A DNA stretch of 64,000 nt. It comes from Rhodospirillales bacterium. Lineage in GTDB: Bacteria > Pseudomonadota > Alphaproteobacteria > Bin95. Below, piece by piece: positions 10,065 through 20,509 of this stretch; positions within the stretch are counted from its first letter, which is position 1; each line of letters opens with the position of its first letter. Below the pieces are notes generated by a model. It saw nothing but the letters and a program-made list of their open reading frames with translations. It was not told the origin of the DNA and made no database searches. The position numbers were made by a program, and so were the translations under genes. The stretch is from NCBI GenBank assembly GCA_038143065.1, contig JAYQLI010000035.1:352001-416000 (forward strand), read 5' to 3'.

Positions 10065-10523
10065 CTAAGCTGCGAGAGCCTGGTGCTTCTTTGCCAAAAT
10101 TTTTCGAATGCTGCTCGCATTCTCTGCGGCTCTCAACTGATCCCTTATGTCATTGTTTCTTAATATCCTTGAGGCCATGGATAATGCTTTGAGGCAAGCG
10201 GACCCCGCATCTTCTGGAGCTAGAAGCATCAATATTAAGTCTACTGGTTCTCCATCAGGGCTTTCATATTCTACTGGGGATTTAAGGCGACCAAAAGCTA
10301 CAGCCAATTTATTTAGTCCCGCAACTCTTCCGTGAGGCATAGCGACCCCGCCACCAACACCTGTTGCCCCAAGCTGCTCTCGAGCAAGAAGTAGATCCAT
10401 AACTACCTGGGGATCTAAGCCGTTATCAGCTGAAAGCTTCTCGGATAATGCTTGTAGCGCCCTGCGTTTGCCATTTGCTTCAATGGCAGGAACAATAGTC
10501 GCGTGTAAAAAAAGTTCGTCCAT
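10065..10523 (-). CDS. ptsN: PTS IIA-Ntr nitrogen regulatory protein
   Basis: REQLGATGVGGGVAMPHGR with the phospho-His; downstream of rpoN. Confidence 0.9.
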   Translation of the reverse strand: MDELFLHATIVPAIEANGKRRALQALSEKLSADNGLDPQVVMDLLLAREQLGATGVGGGVAMPHGRVAGLNKLAVAFGRLKSPVEYESPDGEPVDLILMLLAPEDAGSACLKALSMASRILRNNDIRDQLRAAENASSIRKILAKKHQALAA

Positions 10524-10725
10524 TAACTGAGAACGTCCTTCGTTTCTGCGTGTGTTTGTTGATTTGAAGCTGTAGTCATCATAGGAAACCTGATCGAAAT
10601 TTTTTGACGAGACTAAGTTATCCCATACGAGTTTCTGATCTTACCTTCACAAAAATTTCCCATACAAAGATCTAGAATCGGTTTATTGTCCTGACGTGGT
10701 GAAGAGTCAAGATATCAAGCCCAAT

Positions 10726-12210
10726 CTAATGTTTATAAGATAAAGACGTTGATTGTCGTTTTCTTTGCGCAGACGGTGGGATGAACATTAATTCACGATA
10801 TTTAGCTACGGTGCGACGGGCGATTGATATCCCTTCAGCGCTTAACAAGCTAGCAATACTTTCATCTGAAAGCGCATTAGTGCTGTTTTCAGTTTCAATC
10901 AGCTTTTTGATCCTATGTCGAACTGATTCAGCAGATGAAGCTGTGCCATCTTGATTTTGAAGGGCGACGGAAAAAAACGATTTGAACTCCATTATACCCA
11001 TCGGAGTATCAATATACTTGCCATTAACAGTTCGACTGATCGTGCTCTGATGAACTTCTAACTCTTGAGCGATGTCTTTCAGAGTCATGGGCTTGAGAGC
11101 AATTACTCCCTCTCGAAAGAAGTTTTCCTGTTTTCGAACAATTTCTTCTGCGACTCTTATTATTGTAGAAGCGCGTTTTTCTAGTGCCCTTATTAGCCAT
11201 TTTGCTGATAGTAGATTATCGGTAATAAATTGACGCTCAGTTCTGTCTCGAAGAGCTTTTCGCGCGCCTGCTGAGTAATCAGCGTTTAAAAGAATGCTTG
11301 GAAACGCCTCTGGATTTAACTCAACGTGCCAGGAAAGGTCTTGTTCTGAGCTCTGCCGCATCAAAACATCTGGGATGAGAACTTGAATACTGGATTGCTC
11401 AAATGATGACCCAGGATTGGGTTCAAGATGACGGAGTTCCTCAATCATCTCTGATAATTCTTCGGAGCTCACCTCACACAGCTTTTGAAGTTCTTGATAC
11501 TTTCGTTTTGACAGAAGATGAAGATTATCTAGCATAATCTTCATTGGTGGATCTAAACGATTTATTTCCTTCAACTGCAGAGCAAAACATTCACCAAGAT
11601 TGCGAGCTCCAACACCTGTTGGTTCTAAAGTTTGTATGCGTTCCAACACATTGAGAATAGATATTTGATGTTGGCCCAACTCAGAAGCGACTTCATGTAT
11701 ATCTGTCCGCAAATATCCATCATTATCAATAGCATCTATTAGCCTGGCAGCAATCATCGCTTCATCAGCGGTATGACGCTCTAGATTAAATTGCATAAGC
11801 AAATGGTCTTGAAGCGAACTGCCTTGAACGAGTCTATTGGTAATAGAGCTAATTTCATTATTTTCGTTGGTGTTTTTAAATTGAGTATCTCGTGAATTAG
11901 TTTCAAAGCTTCTGGGTTCCCATGAGGACTTATTCGAAGCAGTCGATATAATCTTTTGTTCGGAGAATTCCCCTTTTTCTGGAGCGGAATTTAACTCGTT
12001 TTTAGGAATATTAGAGTTTTCAGAGTCTTGAGTGTCTGCAATTTCGGTGGTGACAACCTCATCTAAAAATGGATTTTTTTCTATTTCATCTTTTACAAAC
12101 TCATTTAGTTGATGATTGGTCATCTCAAGCAACTGAATGGATTGCTGTAACTTAGGAGTCATGACAAGGCTTTGAGCCTGTCTAAGATGGTGTGTTTGTT
12201 TCAGTGCCAT
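10726..12210 (-). CDS. rpoN: RNA polymerase sigma-54 factor
   Basis: Q/L-rich region I, HQSTISR HTH, RpoN box ARRTVAKYR. Confidence 0.97.
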   Translation of the reverse strand: MALKQTHHLRQAQSLVMTPKLQQSIQLLEMTNHQLNEFVKDEIEKNPFLDEVVTTEIADTQDSENSNIPKNELNSAPEKGEFSEQKIISTASNKSSWEPRSFETNSRDTQFKNTNENNEISSITNRLVQGSSLQDHLLMQFNLERHTADEAMIAARLIDAIDNDGYLRTDIHEVASELGQHQISILNVLERIQTLEPTGVGARNLGECFALQLKEINRLDPPMKIMLDNLHLLSKRKYQELQKLCEVSSEELSEMIEELRHLEPNPGSSFEQSSIQVLIPDVLMRQSSEQDLSWHVELNPEAFPSILLNADYSAGARKALRDRTERQFITDNLLSAKWLIRALEKRASTIIRVAEEIVRKQENFFREGVIALKPMTLKDIAQELEVHQSTISRTVNGKYIDTPMGIMEFKSFFSVALQNQDGTASSAESVRHRIKKLIETENSTNALSDESIASLLSAEGISIARRTVAKYRELMFIPPSAQRKRQSTSLSYKH

Positions 12211-12252
12211 GGATTAATCGACTTCGATTAAAAAATCTTAGAAATTTTTCAT

Positions 12253-13035
12253 TTAAGATTTAAAAGAGTCTCCCAAATACACACGTTTAACGTCAGGGTT
12301 ATCAATTACTTGTTGGGGCGTGCCCTGCATTATAATTGACCCGTTATGCAAGATATAAGCACGGTCAACAACATCAAGCGTATCTCTGACATTATGGTCT
12401 GTGATTAGTACGCCAACCCCCATTTCAGTCAACTGCTTTACCAAGGATCGAATTTCAGAAACAGCTACTGGGTCAATTCCCGCGAGAGGTTCATCAAGAA
12501 GTAGAAAATTTGGTCGAGCGGCAAGGGCTCTTGCAATTTCCATTCGTCTCCGCTCTCCGCCTGATAAGGCTTGAGCTGGTGTCTTACAGATATGCTCAAG
12601 CCCAAAATCCGACAGAAGATTATCTACTAATTCGCGCCGCTTTTTGCGCACAGGTTCTACAAGTTCGATTGCGGCCAATAGATTTTCTTCAACGGACATA
12701 CCGCGAAAAGCTGAAGGTTCTTGCGGAAGATATCCCACACCAAGTCGGGCTCGCCGGTAGAGTGGAAGTTTTGTGATATCAACGCCATCCAATAAAACTT
12801 GTCCGCTGTTAGGACTAGAAAGGCCACATAATATATAAAAACATGTGGTCTTCCCTGCTCCATTCGGCCCTAGCAAGCCAACGGCTTCACCTCGTTTAAT
12901 TTCAAGGCTTACATCACGTAAGACGGGCTTTTGACGCCAATATTTACTAAGGGCATTAGCCCTTAGACCATTGTTTAATGCCTCAGTGTGCCTACCGTTA
13001 GTAATAAGTTTTTCGTTCGTGGGATCGATTGGCAT
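12253..13035 (-). CDS. lptB: LPS export ABC ATPase
   Basis: GLLGPNGAGKTT, GYLPQE, LSGGERRR, ITDHNVR; synteny. Confidence 0.95.
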   Translation of the reverse strand: MPIDPTNEKLITNGRHTEALNNGLRANALSKYWRQKPVLRDVSLEIKRGEAVGLLGPNGAGKTTCFYILCGLSSPNSGQVLLDGVDITKLPLYRRARLGVGYLPQEPSAFRGMSVEENLLAAIELVEPVRKKRRELVDNLLSDFGLEHICKTPAQALSGGERRRMEIARALAARPNFLLLDEPLAGIDPVAVSEIRSLVKQLTEMGVGVLITDHNVRDTLDVVDRAYILHNGSIIMQGTPQQVIDNPDVKRVYLGDSFKS

Positions 13036-13057
13036 TAAGGCTTACCTTGAGGTGAAA

Positions 13058-13759
13058 TTAAGCCCCGAACCCGGCCAGTAGAAGAGGGTTTTTGGTATTT
13101 GATCCTGAAATTCGACTGATTCCAGACTTAAAATCAAAACTGGCCATTCCCCCTAAAAGTACATTATCACCGCGTGTAATTCTTATATTGCCCAAAACTT
13201 CAGCTAATTGTTTTTTTAAGTCGTATATAACTTCGTCAGCCTTAATAACCTCGTTGGCCGTGCTTATTTCGATGCCCCCGCGCGCGAATGCCCGTTGGTC
13301 ATTTAAGTGATATTCAATCTCTTTATTGGCGACGAGTTTAATATTCTTATTCCAATACGAGGTGTTTTTTCCAGAAAGTATTATCGAATTATTATCTGTA
13401 TTAATTTTTGCCAAATTGCTTGTTGCTCTGTCATCCTTATTTTTTATTTCAATATTTCCTTCAGCGATAATTTGATAAATTTCAATTTTTTTGTCTTTAC
13501 CATCTCTGTAATTCGCTGAGATCTTATTCGCTTTTAAAATTAAGTCTCCTCTACTAACGACCGCTTTCCCGGCCGCCACAAATGTGCGTTTTCTTTGGTC
13601 CCATTCCACACTATCTGCCGCGTCTAGAGAGATTGAATTATCCCCTGAAGGAAGAAATGTCTCTGCATTTGAGAGGTGCGGAACGCCGGTTAGGGCGAAT
13701 AACAGTAGTACTGCTCCATATACCTTCAATTTCCATTTCCTCTCATTGAGACGGGCCAT
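13058..13759 (-). CDS. lptA: LptA/OstA family periplasmic LPS transport protein
   Basis: Signal peptide, beta-jellyroll-like repeats, position between lptC and lptB. Confidence 0.75.
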   Translation of the reverse strand: MARLNERKWKLKVYGAVLLLFALTGVPHLSNAETFLPSGDNSISLDAADSVEWDQRKRTFVAAGKAVVSRGDLILKANKISANYRDGKDKKIEIYQIIAEGNIEIKNKDDRATSNLAKINTDNNSIILSGKNTSYWNKNIKLVANKEIEYHLNDQRAFARGGIEISTANEVIKADEVIYDLKKQLAEVLGNIRITRGDNVLLGGMASFDFKSGISRISGSNTKNPLLLAGFGA

Positions 13760-14363
13760 TAAGGAGGACTTTTTGTGTGGCAGTATCTATTGAGAACCCT
13801 CTAGAATTTATTGTGACCGAAGGGTCTTCGATCTGGGCTAGGCCGAAACCCCGAGCGATTATGCCTTGAGAGCTATTCCAAATTTCAGCAGCCTGCGTTT
13901 TGATTTTTCTACCATCGGAGTGCTCAGCTATTACCTCACCCTCAAGCCAAAGACGATTTTCTGATTGTACAAGTTTTCCAGTATGAGCTGTTATTCTAAC
14001 CAGAGCATTTTTATCTAAGTCATAAAATGCATCTAAGTCTTTCATTACTAACTCGTTATTGCCTTTGTTAGCAATTGTGCCTTGTTCGGCTGCAAACGTG
14101 AAAGAGTTTCCCAAACTTAGACGACCATGCACTTTGGGTTCTTTAATTTCAATTAAGGCTGGGATCATTCCTTCAGAAACAGAAACAGGATCGGGTATAC
14201 GGCCGGATCCTGTATTGAGGGTAACCAGCATAAGTAAGATTAAAGTTATTAGAAGGGTCCAGCGCAACTTTCGTGTGATAGAGGACCAATAAATTACTTT
14301 GGCAGAATTCACTCGAAGCTCGGGTGAATGACGCGTGTAACAGTTGTTAAATCCTTCAGACAT
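13743..14363 (-). CDS. lptC: LptC-like LPS export protein
   Basis: Single N-terminal TM helix, beta-rich periplasmic part; synteny. Confidence 0.65.
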   Translation of the reverse strand: MSEGFNNCYTRHSPELRVNSAKVIYWSSITRKLRWTLLITLILLMLVTLNTGSGRIPDPVSVSEGMIPALIEIKEPKVHGRLSLGNSFTFAAEQGTIANKGNNELVMKDLDAFYDLDKNALVRITAHTGKLVQSENRLWLEGEVIAEHSDGRKIKTQAAEIWNSSQGIIARGFGLAQIEDPSVTINSRGFSIDTATQKVLLNGPSQ

Positions 14364-14375
14364 GCCCTTTTTATA

Positions 14376-15009
14376 TCAAGAATGAGCGAAGATATCGACA
14401 TTCTCCCAACCAGAAAGGTCTAAAGCAGCCCTAGTTGGAAGGTATTTAAAGCTAGCTTCTGCGAGGTCCATTCTTCCTTCGCGTAGAAGCATTTCCTGAA
14501 GTTTTGATTTGAGTTTATGTAGATGTAGAACATCACTAGCTGCGTAGCCAATCTGTGCATCGCTTAATTTTAAAGAACCCCAATCTGAAGATTGTTGTTC
14601 CTTAGAGATTGAGACCCCAAGGAGTTCACCGCAAATATCTCTTAAGCCATGACGATCAGTGTAAGTACGCACGAGTTTTGATGCTATTTTTGTGCAGAAG
14701 ACGGGGCTTGACTCTATCTCGAGGTCACGAAGCAAAACCATGATGTCAAATCTTCCAAAATGGAAGATTTTTTCAACTTTTTTATCACCTAGTAATTTGC
14801 GAAGTCGAGGAGCCGAGTAATCAGGCTGAAGACCATTTTTTTCTCGTGGAAACTGTACCAAATGAGCATCACCATCCCCGGCGGAAAGCTGCACAAGGCA
14901 TAGTCGGTCACGTTTTGGGTGAAGGCCGGTTGTTTCGGTATCGACAGCAATGGCATTACCAAATGCAAGTCCGTCTGGAAGATCGCCTATATGGAGAAAA
15001 ATTTGCCAA
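14376..15009 (-). CDS. rnd: Ribonuclease D (3'-5' exonuclease)
   Basis: AVDTETTGL, DRLCLVQL, FHFGRFD, QQSSDWG, YAASDV; true start probably TTG 15009 with a 1-nt indel just after it; the ORF-track extension runs through the tRNA. Confidence 0.9.
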
Positions 15010-15032
15010 GGTTCGCTCCGTCGGTGACGCAT

Positions 15033-15119
15033 TGGTGCCCAGGAGAAGACTCGAACTTCCACGACCTTTCGGCCACAGGTACCTGAAACCTGCGCGTCTA
15101 CCAATTCCGCCACCTGGGC
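15033..15119 (-). tRNA. tRNA-Leu(CAG)
   Basis: GCCCAGGTGGCGGAATTGGTAGACGCGCAGGTTT-CAG-GTACCTGTGGCCGAAAGGTCGTGGAAGTTCGAGTCTTCTCCTGGGCACCA; long variable arm, encoded CCA. Confidence 0.98.
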
Positions 15120-15183
15120 TAGGGCAGTCAAAAACAATCTGACTGATCGGAGCGGCGTCAATAACGCTTAAAATGGCGGATTG

Positions 15184-16390
15184 TCAACGTATTCGCATGA
15201 GCAAAAATGCGAGAAGGCCTAACGAAGGATATAATGCAACCAATATCGGCATTAACTGACCAGGAGGGTAGGGGACGATGAGAATTATCAATCCGGCCGT
15301 AGCTCCTGCTGACATTTGTAAAAAACCAATAAGAGCAGAGGCGGAACCAGCCATATCTCGAAATGGTAATATAGCTCCTGCAATGCTATTGGGTCTTAAA
15401 ATACCCATCCCAAACATCACGACCGTCATTGGCACTATGATTGCTGTCCAATGATTGGCATCAATTAACCACGAGATAGCCATAGCCCAACCACCTGAGG
15501 TTGAGGCTATGATTCCAATCAAAATTGACTTTTGCAAACCAAGTCGAGGGGAAAGCCTGGTTGATAGAGTAGCGCCAGCAACTAAGCCGATCATGACACC
15601 TCCAAACATGAAACCAAATTCTCGTGTAGAGACACCCAAATCTTCTTGGAGGGCAAATGTTGCCGAGGCTAAAAAAGTGAATAGCGCTCCGCCTGCAAAG
15701 AGAGAAGGTAATGCATACGCTAAAAATTGGCGATGTAGACATATTCTTTGGTATCGTTTCGCCAAATTACTAAAATTTAATGACTGTGCTGTATTAGTTG
15801 TGGGTCTAGTCTCTGAGAGAAGTAGTGCAACAAGGATAACATGATCCCACCGCTTGCTGCTAATGTCCAAAAGATACCCCGCCAATCTGAAAATTCTAAA
15901 AGTATAGATCCAATAGAGGGAGCTAAAATTGGGGCAAAGCCCATTCCAGCGGTAACAATTGACATAGCCTTTTGTATGCCTGGCCCATCATGAATATCTG
16001 CCACGATAGCTCGTGCTGCTACCGGTGCTGTACAGGCAGCTACTCCTTGCAAAAGACGGGCTGCAAGGAGTGATTCTAGGTTGGGCGCAATGGCACACAG
16101 AACTGAAAAAATTAAATATAAAAGTAGACCTACTAATAGGATTAAGCGTCGACCATAGCGATCTGATATTGGTCCAACAACAAGTTGTGCGATTGAAAAC
16201 CCAAGCAGGAAAATACCAACCATTAATTGGGCTTGTGAGGAATTTGAATTGAGAGCAATAGCTAAGGCGGGAAGTGCAGGCAAAGCCATATCAATCGAAA
16301 GTGGCGTCACTCCAGTTAACAACGTGAGGATGACAATTACGGTTAAAGACGTTCCTTTGACAGCAAAAGGAGCATTTTGAGAAAACGTCT
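15184..16390 (-). CDS. Bcr/CflA family MFS efflux transporter (frameshifted; start uncertain)
   Basis: PLSIDMALPALP, GPISDRYGRR, APSIG, AGSASALIG; ORFs 15777..16322 and 15184..15885. Confidence 0.85.
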
Positions 16391-17209
16391 TCAGTTTGAT
16401 TGTCCAGTTTTATCATCAGCATCAACATTTAGAGCATCTGCTCGTGCTACAGCTGCGGCTAATTTCTCTTCTTGAGATTTTAAATTTTTTTTCGCATCCT
16501 GAACGTAGGCAGTCCATCGAATTCCAGTCATGAAAATATGATGAACACACCGTCCCCAAAAACGCAGTGGACGATCAACGTCTAGAAGAAGTACCACGCG
16601 GCGTTCATCAGTATCATTGTGGACTTCATGGTCAAAGGTATCGTCAAAAACAAGGCATTTATCGACTTCCCATGAGACTTGTTGATCATGGATTCTGATC
16701 CAGCAATTCTCAGTATCTTTTGGAACTATAAGAGCTAGATGGCCTCGAATTACGCCCTTAGTGACTCCTTTGTGCGGAGGGATTCGGTAATTAGGTGCAA
16801 GAATTGAGAAGAAAGCAGTTCTAAGATGTGGAATTTGCTCTAGAGCACGAGTGGTTTCCGGGCATCTTAAACAGTTAGCTTCCGATTTATATCCAAAACC
16901 AAATAGCACAAATGTTTGCCAGTTTTCACCCTTGGAAATTTTAGCTTGATCAGGGGAGACTTCATGGAAGTAAGGAATGTTAGCAGGTGTTTCGAGTACA
17001 CCGAGTAATTCTTGTCGGATAATATCAACTTTAGCTTCCAGAGATTTTGCCCAATCAAAGTTTTCAGTTTGAAAAACAGGCATGTCGCCAACCCTAGACT
17101 GCTTTCCAAGGAAGCTACCAAGCTGGCGAATAAGATTTTTGCCTGTTTTTTTGATAAAGCTACGCCGCTTTCGACGGATTGTTTCGATTAAGTTATGCTC
17201 TGTTGTCAT
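16391..17209 (-). CDS. Aspartyl/asparaginyl beta-hydroxylase family 2OG-Fe(II) dioxygenase (LpxO/OlsC-like)
   Basis: CPETT, AFFSILAP..IPPHKG, FDDTFDHEVHN, RVVLLLDV; start placed at MTTEHN. Confidence 0.85.
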   Translation of the reverse strand: MTTEHNLIETIRRKRRSFIKKTGKNLIRQLGSFLGKQSRVGDMPVFQTENFDWAKSLEAKVDIIRQELLGVLETPANIPYFHEVSPDQAKISKGENWQTFVLFGFGYKSEANCLRCPETTRALEQIPHLRTAFFSILAPNYRIPPHKGVTKGVIRGHLALIVPKDTENCWIRIHDQQVSWEVDKCLVFDDTFDHEVHNDTDERRVVLLLDVDRPLRFWGRCVHHIFMTGIRWTAYVQDAKKNLKSQEEKLAAAVARADALNVDADDKTGQSN

Positions 17210-17332
17210 ATTGGCATTGGCCATACCAAAAAACCTGCTGATTAGAAACGATGCGGGGAGAACATGGCGAAGGCTGCTTTTTAACGCAAGTCGCCTTATG
17301 TATTTATTTTGTAATGCCAAAGTGGTGAAAGC

Positions 17333-18298
17333 GTGATTGAAAATTTTGAAGTCTTAGCCCACGCAGACTGGTCAGTACGCAAATCGGGCCGATGGCTTGT
17401 GACAGCCGAACCTTTTAAGGGAAAGTGGCGTATCAATGAGCCCGTTATGGTGAATGTGAAGGGGCTGTTGGGTGAGGACATAGGGAGCCGTGGAATGCTT
17501 GGGGTCGATGTACCTATCGGCGTTCCAATACACTGGGCTAAGTCAGTCAAAATAGACTGTTTTCTTAGAGCTTTAAAAAATTTTGGCGAGGGCCGCTGGG
17601 TAGATACACTCCATCCCGCTGTCACAGCAGATCAGATAAGCTTATTTCGTCCTTTTTATCCGCAAAAACCTGGTGGTGCTAAGCAAGTGCATATTTTAAA
17701 AGCTTTAGACGCGTGCCATATAAACTTGCTTCGCAGACATTGTGATTTCGATCAAGAAGGTAGACCCGCTGCTTCTCCGCTTTTCTGGACTCTCGGCGCC
17801 GCTCAAGTTGGAAAGGCAGCCATAGATTTTTGGCTCAGTGTGCTTAGGCCAGCAGTCCTAGCCGAGCAAGTCCATGTGTGGCCATTTCATGGAACGCTTG
17901 AGGAACTTGCAAATAAGGCCAAACCTATCGTTGCTGAAACTTATCCAGGCGAAGCATATTCTTGGTTTAACCTAGAGATTACTAACAACAATAGGAGTAA
18001 AAGACGGATTGATGATCGATTGCTCGATTCACAACGCCTTCTGGAAGTTGTTTCAAAACTTGATTTTGATTTGGATCCAAACGCTGAAGAGCAGGTGATC
18101 AATGGCTTCAAAAATGGTGGTGAAGATGCTTTTGACGCATTCATTGGATTGCTTGCCGTTGTATCTGTTGTAAAAGGTCAACGACCGGAGCCGGTAATCC
18201 GGGATGATGCTGTTATGCAAACTGAGGGCTGGATCTTAGGTAGGAAGCCGGGACCGCTTACTTTCGGCATGATGAGTGAAAAACGCAACTCTGTGTAA
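17333..18298 (+). CDS. DUF429-like protein (predicted RNase H-like nuclease fold)
   Basis: HADWS, GVDVPIGVP, ETYPGEAY, DAFDA, EGWILG. Confidence 0.7.
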   Translation: MIENFEVLAHADWSVRKSGRWLVTAEPFKGKWRINEPVMVNVKGLLGEDIGSRGMLGVDVPIGVPIHWAKSVKIDCFLRALKNFGEGRWVDTLHPAVTADQISLFRPFYPQKPGGAKQVHILKALDACHINLLRRHCDFDQEGRPAASPLFWTLGAAQVGKAAIDFWLSVLRPAVLAEQVHVWPFHGTLEELANKAKPIVAETYPGEAYSWFNLEITNNNRSKRRIDDRLLDSQRLLEVVSKLDFDLDPNAEEQVINGFKNGGEDAFDAFIGLLAVVSVVKGQRPEPVIRDDAVMQTEGWILGRKPGPLTFGMMSEKRNSV

Positions 18299-18318
18299 CT
18301 AAACTAGGAGAGCTGTAA

Positions 18319-19558
18319 GTGTGGGCTCGAGTAAAGCTTAAAATTGGTTGGTTGGATTTAGCTTATACCTTGTATTCCGCAATTCGAGGTGGAAAAAGGG
18401 AGCGGCTCAGTCAAGAATTAGAGAAGTATTGGTCCTCACAAGGAGAGGCCCTGGTTTGCTTCTCTGTGCGTGGTGGGTTTGACCTTCTTCTCCAAGCTAT
18501 GCTTGCCGAAGGCCGTCTAGAAGAAGGCGATGAGGTAATGTTCTCAGCGTTAAATGTTAAGCAGATGGTTCGTGCGGTTGAGCGTTTAAACCTCGTGCCA
18601 GTTCCTGTTGACCTAGATTTAGACGATATGTCACCGTCGATAGCTGCTGCCGAAAGGGCCGTGAATTCAAGAACAAAGTTATTTGTTGTGGCTCATCTTT
18701 TTGGTGCAAGAGTTGATCTTAGACCCTCTTACGAATTTTCGCAGAAACATAACATCCTTCTTATTGAGGATTGTGCTCAAGCCTATGACGGTAGCATTAA
18801 TAGGGGTCGGAATTTGCTGATATTGCGATGTTTAGTTTCGGTCCAATCAAAACAAAAACATGCCTCGGTGGGGCTGTTTTAAGCATTAAAGACGTCACTT
18901 TACGGCAAAGAATGCGCGAAATATTAGCAACTTACAATGTTCAATCAAACTTTGATCATGCAAAACGAGCAGTCGTTTTTGCTGCTCTAAAAATAATAAC
19001 TACACGTCCCATGTTTTGGCTTTTGGATCGTGCTTTTCGTCTGAAAGGCCGAAGCTTTGATGAAGGCCTTTCGAATGCTGTTCGTGATGTGGCTAAACAA
19101 AAAACGCCCAAACAATTGCGTCGCCAATGTTCTGCGGCGCTGCTTCGTCTAATGCTTAGGCGTCTTAAGCAAGATGTTTCTCAGGAGTTGGAAGATAGAA
19201 CCCGTCTGGGTCGCAAACTAAAATCGTTAATTGGCCCCCATGGTTTTTTACCTGCTGCAAAGTCAACTTATCATGATTATTGGGTTTTCCCCGCAATAGT
19301 AGAGAACCCTCAAGCAACAATTTCGGCACTTCGCAAGGCGGGATTTGATGCTTGTGATCTCCCACGTTCAGAAGCAATTAAGCCCCCGCGAGGTAGGGAA
19401 GACCTTAAAGCAGTAGTTGCAGAAGCGGCTCTTGCTAAGCTTATCGTTCTACCTTGCTACTCTGGTATGCCAAATAAGGTATTAGAGAATGAAGCAGGGT
19501 TTTCAATAAAGTTGCCGCAGATCCTTCAATCCCAAATCCAGTTTTCAAACAGGCTTGA
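18319..19558 (+). CDS. DegT/DnrJ/EryC1/StrS family PLP-dependent protein (frameshifted)
   Basis: HLFG, IEDCAQAY, SFGPIKT (Schiff-base Lys), LPCY; ORFs 18319..18882 and 18828..19601; probable true stop at 19558. Confidence 0.75.
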
Positions 19559-19567
19559 ACATAAAAT

Positions 19568-19599
19568 AAAAAAGCCGGCTACAAACGTTGTAGCCGGCT
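19568..19599 (-). terminator. Rho-independent terminator between convergent genes
   Basis: Perfect 12-bp stem AGCCGGCTACAA/TTGTAGCCGGCT with an adjacent A-tract (U-tract on the minus strand). Confidence 0.8.
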
Positions 19600-19627
19600 G
19601 AAACAAAATTATTTTGTGAGTGTTTGT

Positions 19628-20213
19628 CTACGCAGCTGCTTCTGAAGTGTCCGCTTCTGCTGGACTAGCTTCCACACCTAAAGCTTCTTTAATGGCCGTA
19701 ATGAAATCTTCGGTCGCTTGTGTTTGCATGAGAGTAATTAACTGGCCATCAATATGTAACGGTACATCTACTATAGAGGCGCCAGCTTCTTGAAGCTTTT
19801 CTGCTGCTGATTGGGGGCACATAGTGAGCGCCCTTTGGCAACTTCAGCATCCACAAGGAGCGTGGACGCGTCATCCGTGAGAGCAACTGGTTTACCTGCC
19901 TCTAGCATCCCTTTAAGGACCCGCTTTGAGTGCGCATTACGTATCAATGTCTGCGTCGACCGCTCACCACCTGGAGTTAGAAGTAGATCAAATTGGCTTG
20001 GGAGTACGTCATTTATTTTTTCATCAACGAAGAAGTTATGCCCCCATCCTTCGTCGTGCCATCCGTTAGCAACGCCTATTTCGGGTGAAACGATTGAGGT
20101 TTGAGCACCGGCGGCGATCAACGCCTTTTGACGGTAGTCATGTGCTGTTCAATGAAACCAGAAGCTACCATGATTGCAATTTTCTTGCCGGCGAGGGGTT
20201 TATTGCCCTGCAT
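19628..20213 (-). CDS. DJ-1/PfpI family protein lacking the catalytic Cys (frameshifted)
   Basis: AAGGAG RBS; LAGKKIAIMVASGF, FDLLLTPGG, GKPVAL; ORFs 20118.., 19771..20121 and 19628..19822. Confidence 0.75.
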
Positions 20214-20509
20214 ATATTGTCTCCTTCTTGATATTGCCGCGCAAAAAGTGCGCGGATAGAAATTGCTTTCAGGGAACCCTGTTACCTCTTTTTGGAGCAC
20301 GTGACCCTGTGTTGGAGGTAACCAACTAACTCTGAAAGTGTTCAGATTGGCTAATTAAAAAACCAAAGTTAAAACCTAATATGACGCCGTCTACGATCTC
20401 TCCTACCGCTTAGGTAAGGACGAAAAATGACGTCTACGGACCTACTTAGAGCCTCGTCAGCTTCTGGACAAGAATATTCGCCTGCGTCTTGCCGACGCTA
20501 TTAACGAGA

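Noticed and set aside
15033-15119. tRNA as an integration site or as tRNA-Sec
   Set aside because: No integrase or duplicated tRNA 3' end was seen; the anticodon is CAG with a normal 7-bp acceptor stem, so it is Leu
15010-15161. N-terminal extension of ORF 14376..15161, and ORF 14846..15142
   Set aside because: Both run through tRNA-Leu; RNase D similarity begins at ~15009
20427-20504. 25-codon mini-ORF (MTSTDLLRA...) with an AAGGA upstream
   Set aside because: Too short, and no support beyond a weak RBS
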